Shown here piece by piece: positions 62,833 to 64,000 of a DNA stretch of 64,000 nucleotides. Origin of the DNA: Yuukianura sp. NJ FZ-2021 (lineage: Eukaryota); contig CM102285.1 in the NCBI GenBank assembly GCA_046563655.1, positions 6,882,001-6,946,000 on the forward strand. The letters are read 5' to 3'. Each line of letters opens with the position of its first letter. The stretch's first letter is position 1. Position numbers and translations under genes: made by a program. Below the pieces are notes generated by a model. It was given only the letters and a program-made list of their open reading frames with translations. It did no database searches and was not told the origin of the DNA.

Positions 62833-64000
62833 ATGGGGAAAGCGGACGAAGCCCATGCTCTTGATTTATTTGGAGGAACAGCGCCGCCTGCTGAAGAAAC
62901 GGCGACATTTACTCGAACCGGGAAGCCAGGTCATCTTTGGCAACGCCTATTCACCGTTGTCTTGGCCCCATTTGTTCTGCTTGCAATTCCAAGCCATCTT
63001 TTATTCCTTAAAAGCGGATATCGAGGCTCCAAATCAACTTTCGCCTGGATTAAATCTATTTTTGTTCCACTTCACATAGGACCTACCATTCTAACGGTCT
63101 TCACGCTCATCACGACAGCCATTGCTACAATCTCTGTGGCGTACTGGATATTCATCATTTTCTACTCACTCATCATCCTCGGAGAAGTGAACTTTGACAT
63201 ACTGGATGCATTTTACAACTTAATTCAATCCGCACCGATCTATCTGCCAACTATGGCCATCTGGCTATTTGGATACTCACTCAAAAATCAGTTGCTAGGC
63301 TACGACACATATCAGTTCGAGTTGGAGAAACTGGTAGAAAGTTGCAGCAGTGAAAAAACTGCGCCCAAATACTATTCGTCCAAATCACTACTCATCCGAG
63401 CCTTTTGCCTCTACTTTCTAATTGGAGCAATCGTAATTGTGACAATGGTGTTGGACTTTTCACGCATGCGTTTTCCACGGTCAACACCTTACTGGTTGGA
63501 CATTGACTACTGGCATGGGCTCTGGATTCTACTCAGCTACAACTGCGTCCTTGCCACTTACTGCATGATATGCTGGGGTCTCCAATGCCAACTGCAGTTG
63601 TTCTCCGCCTATCTTACATACTTGGTTGTGGACGCTCGTGAACCGAGTTTCAAAATTTTGGCAGATGTGAAATTTTACTTTAAGAAATGCGCCGATCAGA
63701 TTTTGCTGGTTAACAGAGCGGCCTCTTTATTGGTATCTGCGGTGGTTCTCATACTTTTATGTTTCGTCGCTATGGATACAGCCTTTGTCATATTCTATGC
63801 CATACCTAGTTCCGTCACTATTGCAATTGGATTGGTTGAAAAGTATCTGAAACATTTTGGGATTGACCTTGACATAGTAAGTCCATGGGAAAGGTACAGT
63901 CATCGATTTGACTCTGATGATTCCGTGACGACGACCCCAGGGCCTGATCTTCTAGAGAGATATGGGCCGATGTTTGTTCGCAAAACTGTTGCTTACATTT
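62833..64000 (+). CDS. Multi-pass membrane protein, possibly gustatory-receptor-like; partial at window end
   Basis: Stop-free frame from ATG 62833 (MGKADEAHALDLF...) to the window end, ~389 aa with at least 5 hydrophobic segments; absent from the ORF track because it has no stop. Confidence 0.7.
   Translation, partial: MGKADEAHALDLFGGTAPPAEETATFTRTGKPGHLWQRLFTVVLAPFVLLAIPSHLLFLKSGYRGSKSTFAWIKSIFVPLHIGPTILTVFTLITTAIATISVAYWIFIIFYSLIILGEVNFDILDAFYNLIQSAPIYLPTMAIWLFGYSLKNQLLGYDTYQFELEKLVESCSSEKTAPKYYSSKSLLIRAFCLYFLIGAIVIVTMVLDFSRMRFPRSTPYWLDIDYWHGLWILLSYNCVLATYCMICWGLQCQLQLFSAYLTYLVVDAREPSFKILADVKFYFKKCADQILLVNRAASLLVSAVVLILLCFVAMDTAFVIFYAIPSSVTIAIGLVEKYLKHFGIDLDIVSPWERYSHRFDSDDSVTTTPGPDLLERYGPMFVRKTVAYI

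Overview
Eukaryotic, almost certainly arthropod DNA (spliced pyrokinin-type GPCR, chemoreceptor-like ORF). The left 38 kb is a rolling-circle transposon landscape. A homogeneous 224-bp tandem array (about 52 units) is interrupted six times at the same nucleotide position by one Helentron family: five ~1-kb non-autonomous DINE-1/HINE-like copies and one decayed ~14.5-kb autonomous copy. The autonomous copy encodes Rep-PIF1 helicase-AP endonuclease plus RPA70-like and possible Ulp1-like cargo pseudogenes. One HINE copy carries an intact CRE-like RLE non-LTR retrotransposon with an RFX-like winged-helix domain in its N-terminal region. The autonomous Helentron also hosts a pol-less LTR element, a solo LTR and a P-like MITE. 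The right part holds a second HINE family, several MITEs/hairpins, a five-exon pyrokinin receptor-like gene, a small secreted-peptide ORF and an ORF for a multi-pass membrane protein that runs off the window. All calls were made by eye without database searches.
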